Notes under the pieces: generated by a model
The model's database searches: none
The model's input: only the letters and a program-made list of their open reading frames with translations
Told to the model about the DNA's origin: nothing
Origin: Gammaproteobacteria bacterium
GTDB taxonomy: Bacteria; Pseudomonadota; Gammaproteobacteria; Ga0077536
Direction of reading: 5' to 3'
Assembly: GCA_963662545.2 (NCBI GenBank)
Contig: CAXXLL010000003.1
Span: 608,001-672,000 of the forward strand
Length of the DNA stretch: 64,000 nt
Shown: piece after piece, positions 30,569 to 39,672 of the stretch
How positions within the stretch are numbered: position 1 is the first letter of the stretch
Layout of the letters: the number at the start of each line of letters is the position of its first letter
Translations under genes and position numbers: made by a program

Positions 30569-30901
30569 CTAGTTAGCGGATGGAATCGCGAACGCCCATG
30601 CAGTATGGTTCCCATCATCTCACGCTCTCTCATCAACGCTGATGTTCGCCTACCATCTCGAAGGGGATAGGTGATAACAAGCGCGGCACGGAATTCACCG
30701 ACCCGGCGCCAGGTCGTGGCGCCGACGCCAGCGCGTTCTGTGGAATGTTTCAAACTGTGAATGATTAACACAAATAGGGCGATTTTCGGTCAGAAGTGGC
30801 ATCATTTTGTCGTTCGGTTGCGATATTCTCGCGTTGAGACAGTATCGATGCGATCATCAAGTCCGGTCTAACCATTGCAAGCCGGGCAAGAATAGAACGT
30901 T

Positions 30902-31825
30902 ATGAAAAATCTGCGATTGACGATTCTTGCGATTTTGCTCACAGGTACGCAGCCGGCCGGCGCGGCTACCCCCACGGATTATGGTGTCAGCGCGTCAACT
31001 CTGTGGGCAGATTGCTCGGTGCTTCTGTGTGACGATTCCTCGTTCACTAATCTCATCAATCCAATCAACGTTTTCACACAAAGTGGCGGCCTCCAGCAGA
31101 CGATGGCGTCGCAGCTCAACGTGGTTCAGCAACACCTTACCCTTTTTGGGGAGTTCCTGGACATGGGCAGAACGTGGGCCCAAGTGGATCTCGACCCCGC
31201 GACCCCGGGTGCATTCGAACTCGGAGTCAAGGCCGAATCATTTGACTTCGATGGCTGGGTGGGCGCACTCGCTTTCTCAATCGCGGGCTTCACCTACAGC
31301 GGGGGGCCCGGTTTCGTCGATGTGAACGCCGCCTTGACCGGCAGTATCATGAATTTGCCCACCCTCAACGATCCGAACCCTTCGGACGCTGCATTTCTGA
31401 GTGCACATGTATCGATCGTCCGCGACGACGGATTGATCATGTTTCCCAATCCAGCACCGTCTTCGCTATCCGAGCTCACGAATTTCGTCTTTGGGCTGCC
31501 GGTTGAGGATTTCTGGGAGGATTCCTCGTTCGCCGACACCGGCGGCGGAACGGTAACCCTGAGCACCGGCATCGATCCGGTCAGCATCGAGTTTACCCAG
31601 GACGACATCGACATGGGCCTGACCAATTTTTACGTCGTGTCCGCGGCCGCCGCCGGTGCCACCGACGTAGGCCGCATTACCGACGCACTCGGCACGCTAA
31701 CGACGACCTTTAATACCACCGATTTGATACCGTCGGCTGTGGTCGTGCCGCTGCCTGGCGCCATCTGGCTGTTCGGTGCCGGCGTCGCCGGCATTCTCTT
31801 CATCCGGCGCCAAGCCACCGCCTGA
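30902..31825 (+). CDS. Secreted protein with VPLPA-CTERM-type (exosortase) sorting signal
   Basis: Signal peptide; C-terminal VPLPGAIWLFGAGVAGILF-IRR. Confidence 0.85.
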   Translation: MKNLRLTILAILLTGTQPAGAATPTDYGVSASTLWADCSVLLCDDSSFTNLINPINVFTQSGGLQQTMASQLNVVQQHLTLFGEFLDMGRTWAQVDLDPATPGAFELGVKAESFDFDGWVGALAFSIAGFTYSGGPGFVDVNAALTGSIMNLPTLNDPNPSDAAFLSAHVSIVRDDGLIMFPNPAPSSLSELTNFVFGLPVEDFWEDSSFADTGGGTVTLSTGIDPVSIEFTQDDIDMGLTNFYVVSAAAAGATDVGRITDALGTLTTTFNTTDLIPSAVVVPLPGAIWLFGAGVAGILFIRRQATA

Positions 31826-32052
31826 GCGAGGCGGCCAGGGCCAGCGCATATTGCGCGCAGAGGATCCGCCGCACCCGCAAGCCACGAGGTTGAAACCGGT
31901 GCAGTCCAACGGTGCCGTCGCACCGCCTCCGGCGACCACTGCAACGATGCTCACCGTGTCGCTCCCGCGTTCCCGCGACGACATCGACATGACTACGACG
32001 TAGTGTCCTACTATAGTTAGGGTCATCAAGGCCAATTAGTAGCACTACCCCG

Positions 32053-34107
32053 ATGAAGACGGTACACGGCGCCTGCCCTCATGATTGTCCAGACACCTGC
32101 GCCTGGTTGGTAACCGTCGACGACGAAGGTCGTGCGGTCAAGTTCGAGGGCGATCCCGACCACCCCTTCACCCAGGGCGCGCTCTGTTCGAAGCTCAAGC
32201 GCTACCCCGATCGCGTTTACAGCAAAGACCGTGTCCTCCATCCGTTGCGCCGCACCGGCGCCAAGGGTGACGGCGGTTTCGAGCGTATCAGCTGGGACGA
32301 CGCGCTGGATGAAATCGTCTCGCGCCTGCAGGAGACGGTCGCCAAACACGGACCCTTGGCGGCCATGCCCTACAACTTTGCAGGCACGATCGGCATGCTG
32401 CAACGCTACGCGGGCGAGCAGTTTTTTCAGCGTCTGGGCGCGACCGAGATCCTCGGAGACATCTGCGGTGCGACCGCTTTCGATGCCGCCGCTTCGGTCA
32501 TCGGTCCGATGGATCCCATGCAACCGGAAGATCTCGAGCACAGCCGTTTCATTTTGATCTGGAGCGCGAATACCGTCGCCACCAATGTCCACATGTGGAG
32601 TGGCCCCATGAAGACGGCGCGGCGCGCCGGCGCCAAGATCGTCGTCGTCGACCCCATCAAGACCCCGACCGCGGCGCATTCGGACTGGCACATACAGCCT
32701 AAGCCAGGGACCGATGCGGCGCTCGCGCTCGCGATGATGCACATCATCGTGCGCGACGATCTGCACGATAAGGAATTCGTGGAACAGCATACCTTGGGCT
32801 TCGATAAGTTGTGTGAGCGAATAGCGGAGTATCCACCCGAGCGCGCGGCCGAGATAACCGGGATCGCCGTTGAAGACATCGAACAACTCGCTCATGAGTA
32901 CGCCACCACACGGCCGTCGGTGATCCGCTCGCTGGTCGGCATGGAACGCTATTCGAACGGCGACACGAGCGTACGTGCCGTAGTCTGCCTGCCGGCACTG
33001 ATCGGCGGGTGGCGTGAACGCGGCGGCGGCCTGTGCACGTTCACCCTTTGTGCATTCTTCGAGGCCGTGGATCACACGGTGATGATGGCGTCGGCGGAGC
33101 TTCCTCCCCGCGAACGCAAGATATCTCTCTCGCAACTCGGCTTCGCGCTGACCGACCCCGCAATGGATCCCCCCATCGACTGGCTGATGGTCTACAACTC
33201 CAATCCGGTCGTCACCGCGCCCAACCAAAACCTGACGATTAAGGGCCTTAAAAGAGACGACTTGTTCACCGTCGTGCACGAGCACTTCCTGACCGATACC
33301 GCGCGATACGCCGATATCGTCCTACCGGCGACGACACAATTTGAGCACCTCGAACTCATGCCGTCCTGGGGCACGACCTACATCGCGCTGAATCCGCCTG
33401 CGATCGAGCCGCTGGGTGAGGCGATACCCAACACCGAGCTGTTCCGGCGCCTGTCCGTACGCATGGGCTTTACGGAAGAATGCCTGCACCTCAGCGACGA
33501 AGAACGCATTCGACGCATGCTCGATACGGGTAGCCCATATATCGAAGGGATCACTTATGAACGCCTGGAGCGAGACGGCTGGGCGGCGCTCAATATGGGC
33601 GACTACCGGCCACTGACAGAGGGCCGGTTCGCGACGCCGAGCGGTAAATGCGAGTTTTATTCCGAGACCCTCGCCGAAGCCGGACGCGATCCGCTACCGA
33701 CCTACGAGCCCCTGGCTGAGCACGACCACGGCAATGGTCACGACGCGCCCCTGCACCTCGTAACGGCGAAGATCAGCCACTTTCTGAACTCCGAATACGT
33801 CAATCTTCGGCACCGGGGCACGATCAAGCACCAACCCGAAGTCGATATCAATCCGGCCGACGCGCGTACGCGGGGCATCGTCAGTGGCGATATGGTCCGC
33901 GTGTTCAACCGCTACGGCGAGGTGCATGTTCGGGCCAGCGTTTCAAATGTGACGGCCCGCGGCGTGGCTTACCTCCCGTTTAACTGGTGGCCCGAAACGA
34001 CGGCCAACGGCGCGTCGGCCAACGCTTTAACGCCCGACGGCAAAGCGCGCAGCAACATCGGCAGCGACGCCTTCGACGCCCATGTCGAGATTCAGAAAGC
34101 GGGCTAG
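32053..34107 (+). CDS. Molybdopterin oxidoreductase family protein
   Basis: CPHDCPDTC...C Fe-S motif, ISWDDAL, ADIVLPATT, C-terminal molybdopterin dinucleotide-binding domain. Confidence 0.92.
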   Translation: MKTVHGACPHDCPDTCAWLVTVDDEGRAVKFEGDPDHPFTQGALCSKLKRYPDRVYSKDRVLHPLRRTGAKGDGGFERISWDDALDEIVSRLQETVAKHGPLAAMPYNFAGTIGMLQRYAGEQFFQRLGATEILGDICGATAFDAAASVIGPMDPMQPEDLEHSRFILIWSANTVATNVHMWSGPMKTARRAGAKIVVVDPIKTPTAAHSDWHIQPKPGTDAALALAMMHIIVRDDLHDKEFVEQHTLGFDKLCERIAEYPPERAAEITGIAVEDIEQLAHEYATTRPSVIRSLVGMERYSNGDTSVRAVVCLPALIGGWRERGGGLCTFTLCAFFEAVDHTVMMASAELPPRERKISLSQLGFALTDPAMDPPIDWLMVYNSNPVVTAPNQNLTIKGLKRDDLFTVVHEHFLTDTARYADIVLPATTQFEHLELMPSWGTTYIALNPPAIEPLGEAIPNTELFRRLSVRMGFTEECLHLSDEERIRRMLDTGSPYIEGITYERLERDGWAALNMGDYRPLTEGRFATPSGKCEFYSETLAEAGRDPLPTYEPLAEHDHGNGHDAPLHLVTAKISHFLNSEYVNLRHRGTIKHQPEVDINPADARTRGIVSGDMVRVFNRYGEVHVRASVSNVTARGVAYLPFNWWPETTANGASANALTPDGKARSNIGSDAFDAHVEIQKAG

Positions 34108-34151
34108 CAGAGACAAGCGGGGCCGAAAAAGGCCGTTTAAACTACTGCCGG

Positions 34152-34712
34152 CTAGATCGTGAGTTCGTCCGGCATATTGACCAAGAGAACCGGTCGATAA
34201 AACCGGACCATCATGGCCTCGCCCGACGCGTCCCGCGAACCTTCATCCGCGCGGCCGGGCTGAAACCACTCCATTGCCTTGCCGCCCAGCCGTTGGTAGT
34301 GCCGCGTTACCGCGGCTGCGATGCGCGCTTGCACGGCCGCGCCATCATCGACCGGCGCGAAAAAAATACGCAGTCCGTTCAGCTCCGCGCGAAGATCCGC
34401 GGCATTGGCCGTGAGGGCCCGAGGCCCTTCTCCCGGTTCGTAGACGCGCCGCAGACGCCCTTCGGCCCGGTCTGCGGCCGCATGCAAACCATGTTCGCCG
34501 CGCAGGAAGGCCGCGACGTGCGCCGCGTGGGCGGGGGCGACGCCATCATTCGCGACACCGACAGCGTTGACCCGATCGGCCTGATTGGACAGAAATGACC
34601 AGAGATAGATTCCCGGCCGCCAGGCGTCTTCCTGTGCGAACAAAAAGGCGCGCTCAGCGTCCTGCTCCAGCAGCGCCATTGGACCGCGGAGCTTGAGCTC
34701 AATGACTTTCAT
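34152..34712 (-). CDS. Hypothetical protein (weak GIY-YIG-like N-terminus)
   Basis: 186 aa ORF in a co-oriented run; PGIYLW motif. Confidence 0.6.
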   Translation of the reverse strand: MKVIELKLRGPMALLEQDAERAFLFAQEDAWRPGIYLWSFLSNQADRVNAVGVANDGVAPAHAAHVAAFLRGEHGLHAAADRAEGRLRRVYEPGEGPRALTANAADLRAELNGLRIFFAPVDDGAAVQARIAAAVTRHYQRLGGKAMEWFQPGRADEGSRDASGEAMMVRFYRPVLLVNMPDELTI

Positions 34713-34762
34713 TCAACGGATTAAAGGATCGCGACCGCGGAAGATCAATGCTGGGCGTCGAT

Positions 34763-35488
34763 TCATTTGCCCGTCGCCGCAACATAGATCGTGCACGACG
34801 ATGAATCGCCGGAATACAGATTAGGAAAACTGATGACTTCGGCGCCGGACGTGGCGAAGACGTCGCTGAGTACGCCTTCGAAGTCAGCATCGGGTGGATC
34901 GTTCGACCACATCGCGAACACCCCGCCCGGGCGCAGGCGCCGCTCGAGGCCCCGAAGACCTGCGCGTGTATAAAACGCTTTGTTTCGATCGTCCAGAACG
35001 TGACTTGGTGCATGGTCGATATCGACCAACACAGCGTCGAACTGGCGTTCGGCTTCAAGCGGGTCAAACCCATCCGAGGCCGGATGGGCCATCGCGAAGA
35101 AATCACCATGGATCAGCCGGCAGCGGACATCCGAGGTCAATGCGTGGCCGAGCGGCACCAGGCCCACGCGGTGCCATGCGATGACCGCTTCGAGCACCTC
35201 GATAACGATGAGTGAATTGACGGCGTCGTGATTGAGGACCGCATCGGCGGTGAAACCGAGACCGAGCCCCGCCACCACAACGTCGATTCCCTTGGTTTCG
35301 AGCCTGCCGAGGGCAAGGTCGGCGAGTGCAATCTCACCGGCGGTGAACAGACTCGACATCAGAAAAGCATCGTCGAGCTTGACCTCGAAAACCTCCTCGC
35401 CCCTCGCCATCGGTTCGCGCCTGCGACGCAGGATCAACGCGCCCAGGGGCGTTTGCTGGTAGTCGAGTTCCTCGAATTTATCGCTCAC
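34763..35488 (-). CDS. Spermidine synthase-like SAM-dependent transferase
   Basis: FLMSSLFT, VAGLGLGFTA, VLVDIDHAP; GTG start at 35488 inferred. Confidence 0.82.
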   Translation of the reverse strand: MSDKFEELDYQQTPLGALILRRRREPMARGEEVFEVKLDDAFLMSSLFTAGEIALADLALGRLETKGIDVVVAGLGLGFTADAVLNHDAVNSLIVIEVLEAVIAWHRVGLVPLGHALTSDVRCRLIHGDFFAMAHPASDGFDPLEAERQFDAVLVDIDHAPSHVLDDRNKAFYTRAGLRGLERRLRPGGVFAMWSNDPPDADFEGVLSDVFATSGAEVISFPNLYSGDSSSCTIYVAATGK

Positions 35489-35511
35489 GATCGCTTGCTT
35501 TGAATCGCCTG

Positions 35512-36273
35512 TCAGGCCAGGGACACGAGCCGCCGTAGACGAAAAGCGATGGCCCCCACCGGTGCCGCAACCTGGATGATCACGGGTGAATACAGTAATT
35601 TCTGGACGCCGATGCCAAACAGAAGTACGTGAACCGGCATGAACTCCCACGCGCCGGTCGTCCAGTTAAGATTTACCGTTCCGAAACCTAAAAGAATGAA
35701 GATCATCCACAACCATTTGAACCGGTGGATGGGCGCACGCATGCATTGAATCAACGAATGGACGACGAAAACGAAGACCGCAGCGGCGGCGACCAAGATC
35801 GCGTAATGCGCGGGTGTCTTTCCATCCAGGGTGAAACGATGGGTGTTCACTACGGATTCGGCGGCGTGTTCGACATTGATACCGTCGACGAAAAGTTCTG
35901 GTCCTTCGCGGTGCATGGCGACACCTGCGAGCAACCACTGCCCCGGGTATTCGTACTCGAAGGTGAACTGTGCCCGCCATGTTCCCGCTACGGTCTCGGT
36001 ATGCGATCCGACGAGTTTGACGCTCGTCGGCTGGATCTTGGGAAAACTCTCCGAAAGCGTCGCGACTTCGGCACGAATCGCCGGTGAGACGATCTGCGGA
36101 CTCAAGCCGGCTTCCACCTGTTCGATGTCGCCGTCCGCGAGCCGCGACAGAAAGTGTTCAGCATAGGCGGCTTCGTCCTCCGGCACGAGTCGGTCAAATG
36201 CAGCCTGCTGATCGCAAGCGGCCAGAAACACGGTATTCATCAGCAGAAAAACAGTTAAGGGCTTCAAAGTCAT
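35512..36273 (-). CDS. Hypothetical membrane lipoprotein
   Basis: Lipobox LAAC, soluble domain, C-terminal hydrophobic segments. Confidence 0.65.
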   Translation of the reverse strand: MTLKPLTVFLLMNTVFLAACDQQAAFDRLVPEDEAAYAEHFLSRLADGDIEQVEAGLSPQIVSPAIRAEVATLSESFPKIQPTSVKLVGSHTETVAGTWRAQFTFEYEYPGQWLLAGVAMHREGPELFVDGINVEHAAESVVNTHRFTLDGKTPAHYAILVAAAAVFVFVVHSLIQCMRAPIHRFKWLWMIFILLGFGTVNLNWTTGAWEFMPVHVLLFGIGVQKLLYSPVIIQVAAPVGAIAFRLRRLVSLA

Positions 36274-36286
36274 TGGAGCAGGTCGG

Positions 36287-36700
36287 CTATCGCCGGTCTC
36301 GCAACCTCCCGTCCGTGTTCAAATCTGCACCTCGCTCGCGCAGCAGTTCGCGCAGTGTCGAGCGGTGGCAACGCGACTCCTCGGCGCAGTAACAGCCTAC
36401 TGAAAAGTCCGTCTGGTGGGAAAGTGCCGCGAGTAGATCGAGCGTCCGGGCATTTTCCGGCGCCCGCATCTCCGCACGGTACTTGCGCTCGAACGCTTTC
36501 CAGTCGCGCTCTGATTCGGCTTTTTGCGCCAGTTTGATCGTCTCGCCTTGCGGCGCAAGATTAGGAAACCAGACGTCGAACCAGTTGCCCTTTGCATAGT
36601 CGCTTTTCGGAATACCTCGGGGCGGCCGCCTGACCGTGCCGATCCGCAAGCCTTCACCGGGTGCCCTGTCGCTGCCCAATCGAACGATATGTAACGCCAT
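36287..36700 (-). CDS. DUF488-family protein
   Basis: RIGTVRRPPRG, LAP, YRAEM, CYC...CHRS. Confidence 0.85.
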   Translation of the reverse strand: MALHIVRLGSDRAPGEGLRIGTVRRPPRGIPKSDYAKGNWFDVWFPNLAPQGETIKLAQKAESERDWKAFERKYRAEMRAPENARTLDLLAALSHQTDFSVGCYCAEESRCHRSTLRELLRERGADLNTDGRLRDRR

Positions 36701-36791
36701 AACTTTCGGAACCTCGCCCTATTTCCCGCAATTTAGCATTTCTCGTTTACTTGTCCGATACTACCGTGCGTCGTCAAACGCCTCACGTATC

Positions 36792-37259
36792 GTGAACAGA
36801 AACATCGCTCCAACTGCCCGCTACGCGCTAAACGTGCTGCTCGATTCGAATTCGCGCTTGTTAATGTTAAAGCGGAGTCTGGATGCGAAGCTGGGACCGG
36901 GCCGGTGGGGATTGCCGGCAGGTAAAATCGAGCCCGGCGAGACGCCCGAGGCGGCTGCCATGCGCGAAATGGCCGAGGAGATCGGACCTGGACATGAAGT
37001 CGAACTCACTCGCTATGTCGGTCCCTTTCGAGACACCTACTACGGCGGTCAATTCGAAATCCATCTTTTTCAGTTTAATTGGACCGGGGGTAGCATCGTG
37101 CTCAACCACGAGCACACCGAGTACGCCTGGGTCGGGCGGGGGGAGTTCCGCGATTATGAGGTCATGGACGGCATCGACGAGGACATCGCGATCCTCGGGA
37201 TCTGGCCGCTGCAATTCCTGAACGCCGCGCGGCTTCCGGCGCATTTGCAACGCGACTGA
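36792..37259 (+). CDS. NUDIX hydrolase
   Basis: Nudix box GKIEPGETPEAAAMREMAEEIG; start uncertain. Confidence 0.88.
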   Translation: MNRNIAPTARYALNVLLDSNSRLLMLKRSLDAKLGPGRWGLPAGKIEPGETPEAAAMREMAEEIGPGHEVELTRYVGPFRDTYYGGQFEIHLFQFNWTGGSIVLNHEHTEYAWVGRGEFRDYEVMDGIDEDIAILGIWPLQFLNAARLPAHLQRD

Positions 37260-37262
37260 ATC

Positions 37263-38036
37263 TTGCGCGTGACCCTGCATTTCGAACGCGTTGGCGACGG
37301 CCCGCCGGTCGTTGTTCTCCACGGGCTTTTCGGCGCGGGCCGCAACTGGCTCACCGTTGCGCGGCGCTTGTCCGATCGGTACACGTTTTATCTGGTTGAT
37401 CTGCGCAATCACGGCCGCTCCCCACACGCTGAATCGATGACCTATACGGATATGGTCGCGGACGTGCGCGCGCTGGTCGATGAGCTCGATTTGAAGGACT
37501 TCGTGCTGGTCGGACACAGTATGGGCGGCAAAGCCGCCATGACCATGGCGCTGAACGATGCGCGGGGTATCGCCCGTCTCGTGTGCGTCGATATCGCGCC
37601 CGTAAGATACCCGGATCACTTCGAGGCGATGATCGACGCCATGCTTGCGATCGACATGGAGCAAATCAAGCGGCGGTCCGACGCCGAGCGCCTACTGGTC
37701 GACGCCATTGCGGAACAATCGGTGCGGTTGTTCATCCTGCAGAACCTGGTGTTCGAGAACGGACGGGCGCGTTGGCGCGCCAACCTGAAAGCACTAAAGG
37801 ATCAAATGCCGCACATTCTCGGTCTCCTGCCGGTCGCCGACGATGCGCGCTTTGCAGGTGAAACCTGGTTCATCCGCGGCGAGCTGTCCGATCGCATTAC
37901 CGACGAACATCTCGTGATCATCAACACGCTGTTCAGTGATCACCGTATCGAAACCGTCGCCAACGGCGGACACTGGCCGCATTCGGAATCGCCGGAAGCG
38001 TTCATGGCAATATTCGAGCGCGCCCTCGATATGTGA
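37263..38036 (+). CDS. Alpha/beta hydrolase (YbfF-like esterase)
   Basis: HGLFG, DLRNHG.S, GHSMGGK, GHW.H. Confidence 0.9.
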   Translation: MRVTLHFERVGDGPPVVVLHGLFGAGRNWLTVARRLSDRYTFYLVDLRNHGRSPHAESMTYTDMVADVRALVDELDLKDFVLVGHSMGGKAAMTMALNDARGIARLVCVDIAPVRYPDHFEAMIDAMLAIDMEQIKRRSDAERLLVDAIAEQSVRLFILQNLVFENGRARWRANLKALKDQMPHILGLLPVADDARFAGETWFIRGELSDRITDEHLVIINTLFSDHRIETVANGGHWPHSESPEAFMAIFERALDM

Positions 38037-38221
38037 ATCGGGAATTCGCGCTGATTGGCCCCTGCGCATTGAGACGGAATGCGATTCGCCCGCAAACGGG
38101 CTCCTACATGACCGGCGCGTCCGTACGAGCCCGCTTGCAGGCGAATGAGGCGTCGCGCTAGACCTCGACCCTACGGCTGGGCACAATGCCGCCTCCCCGA
38201 CACGCTTTGAACGCGGATCCC

Positions 38222-39439
38222 ATGCCGAAATCTCAAGTCAAAAAAGTCGTTCTCGCCTATTCCGGCGGTCTCGATACATCGGTCATTCTGAAGTGGCTGG
38301 AGGAGGAGTATCGATGCGAGGTAGTCACTTTTACCGCTGACATCGGCCAGGGCGAAGAACTCGAGCACGCCCGCTCCAAGGCGACCCGGATGGGCATCAA
38401 AGAGATCTACGTCGACGACCTCACCGAGGAGTTCGTTCGCGATTTCGTGTTTCCAATGTTTCGGGCCAACGCCCAATACGAAGGCGAATACCTGCTCGGT
38501 ACTTCGATCGCCCGCCCGCTGATCGCGAAACGCCTGGTAGAGATCGCGCGGGAAACCAAGGCCGATGCAATAGCGCATGGCGCTACCGGCAAGGGTAACG
38601 ACCAGGTTCGCTTCGAACTGGGCGCTTACGCGCTGGAACCCGGCATCAAAGTCATCGCACCGTGGCGGGAATGGCATCTCAATTCGCGTGAGAAACTGCT
38701 GGCCTATGCCGAACAGCACGATATTCCGGTCGAATACAAGAGCGGCTCTTCTTCCCCCTATTCGATGGATGCAAACCTGTTGCACATTTCATACGAAGGC
38801 GGGGTCCTCGAAGATCCCTGGGCAAGCGCCGAGCAATCCATGTGGAGATGGAGCGTCGCGCCCGAAGACGCGCCCGACGAATCCGCTGTCATCGAGCTCG
38901 AATACGAATGCGGCGATATCGTCGCCATTGACGGCGAGCGCATGAGCCCGGCCGGCGTTCTCAGGCGCCTCAACGAGCTTGGCGGCGACAACGGCGTGGG
39001 GCGGCTCGACATCGTCGAAAACCGCTATGTAGGCATGAAATCGCGAGGCTGCTATGAAACACCGGGCGGCACGATCATGGCGAAAACACACCGTGCGATA
39101 GAGTCCCTGACTCTCGATCGCGAGGTCGCTCACCTGAAAGACGACCTGATGCCACGCTATGCGTCGCTGATCTACAACGGTTACTGGTGGAGCCCCGAAC
39201 GGCAATCGCTGCAAACGCTGATCGACGCGTCCCAGGCGAACGTGAATGGTACGGTGCGCGTACGCCTATACAAGGGCAACGTCATCGTCGAAGGCCGCCG
39301 ATCGGATCAGGACAGCCTGTTCGATCCTTCGCTTGCCACCTTCGAGGACGACGCGGGCGCCTATGATCAGGCGGACGCGGACGGTTTCATCAAGCTCAAC
39401 GCGCTCAGATTGCGCGTTCGCACGAAAAGAAATACCTGA
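38222..39439 (+). CDS. argG: Argininosuccinate synthase
   Basis: [35 protein letters not shown]. Confidence 0.98.
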   Translation: MPKSQVKKVVLAYSGGLDTSVILKWLEEEYRCEVVTFTADIGQGEELEHARSKATRMGIKEIYVDDLTEEFVRDFVFPMFRANAQYEGEYLLGTSIARPLIAKRLVEIARETKADAIAHGATGKGNDQVRFELGAYALEPGIKVIAPWREWHLNSREKLLAYAEQHDIPVEYKSGSSSPYSMDANLLHISYEGGVLEDPWASAEQSMWRWSVAPEDAPDESAVIELEYECGDIVAIDGERMSPAGVLRRLNELGGDNGVGRLDIVENRYVGMKSRGCYETPGGTIMAKTHRAIESLTLDREVAHLKDDLMPRYASLIYNGYWWSPERQSLQTLIDASQANVNGTVRVRLYKGNVIVEGRRSDQDSLFDPSLATFEDDAGAYDQADADGFIKLNALRLRVRTKRNT

Positions 39440-39455
39440 CCGCGCCCTGTCGGCG

Positions 39456-39543
39456 TGTGACCCGGTTCACACTACCGTGGGCTTCCCGGCGTTTTCGTGA
39501 TCCCGTTCACGTTCAAGCGCGAAAGCGTGTGAAGCCGATCACG
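39456..39543 (+). promoter_or_regulatory. Three tandem CRP-family boxes
   Basis: TGTGA-cccggt-TCACA (39456-39471), CGTGA-tcccgt-TCACG (39496-39511), TGTGA-agccga-TCACG (39528-39543). Confidence 0.7.
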
Positions 39544-39672
39544 ACACGTTTTTCAGTTCGTAACAATAATTTACATTGACGGCGTCGTACCCGCCACTGT
39601 GCCCTCGGGCTTCTCCCGCCCGCCGGCAGCGCGCGGCGGAAGACGATTAAGAAAAGTTACGGAACGAAAAAC

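Noticed and set aside
30750-30885. Sigma-54 promoter and enhancer for the VPLPA-CTERM gene
   Set aside because: TGGCATCATTTTGT has the wrong spacing, and the GG-N10-GC match lacks TGGCAC; too weak to call.
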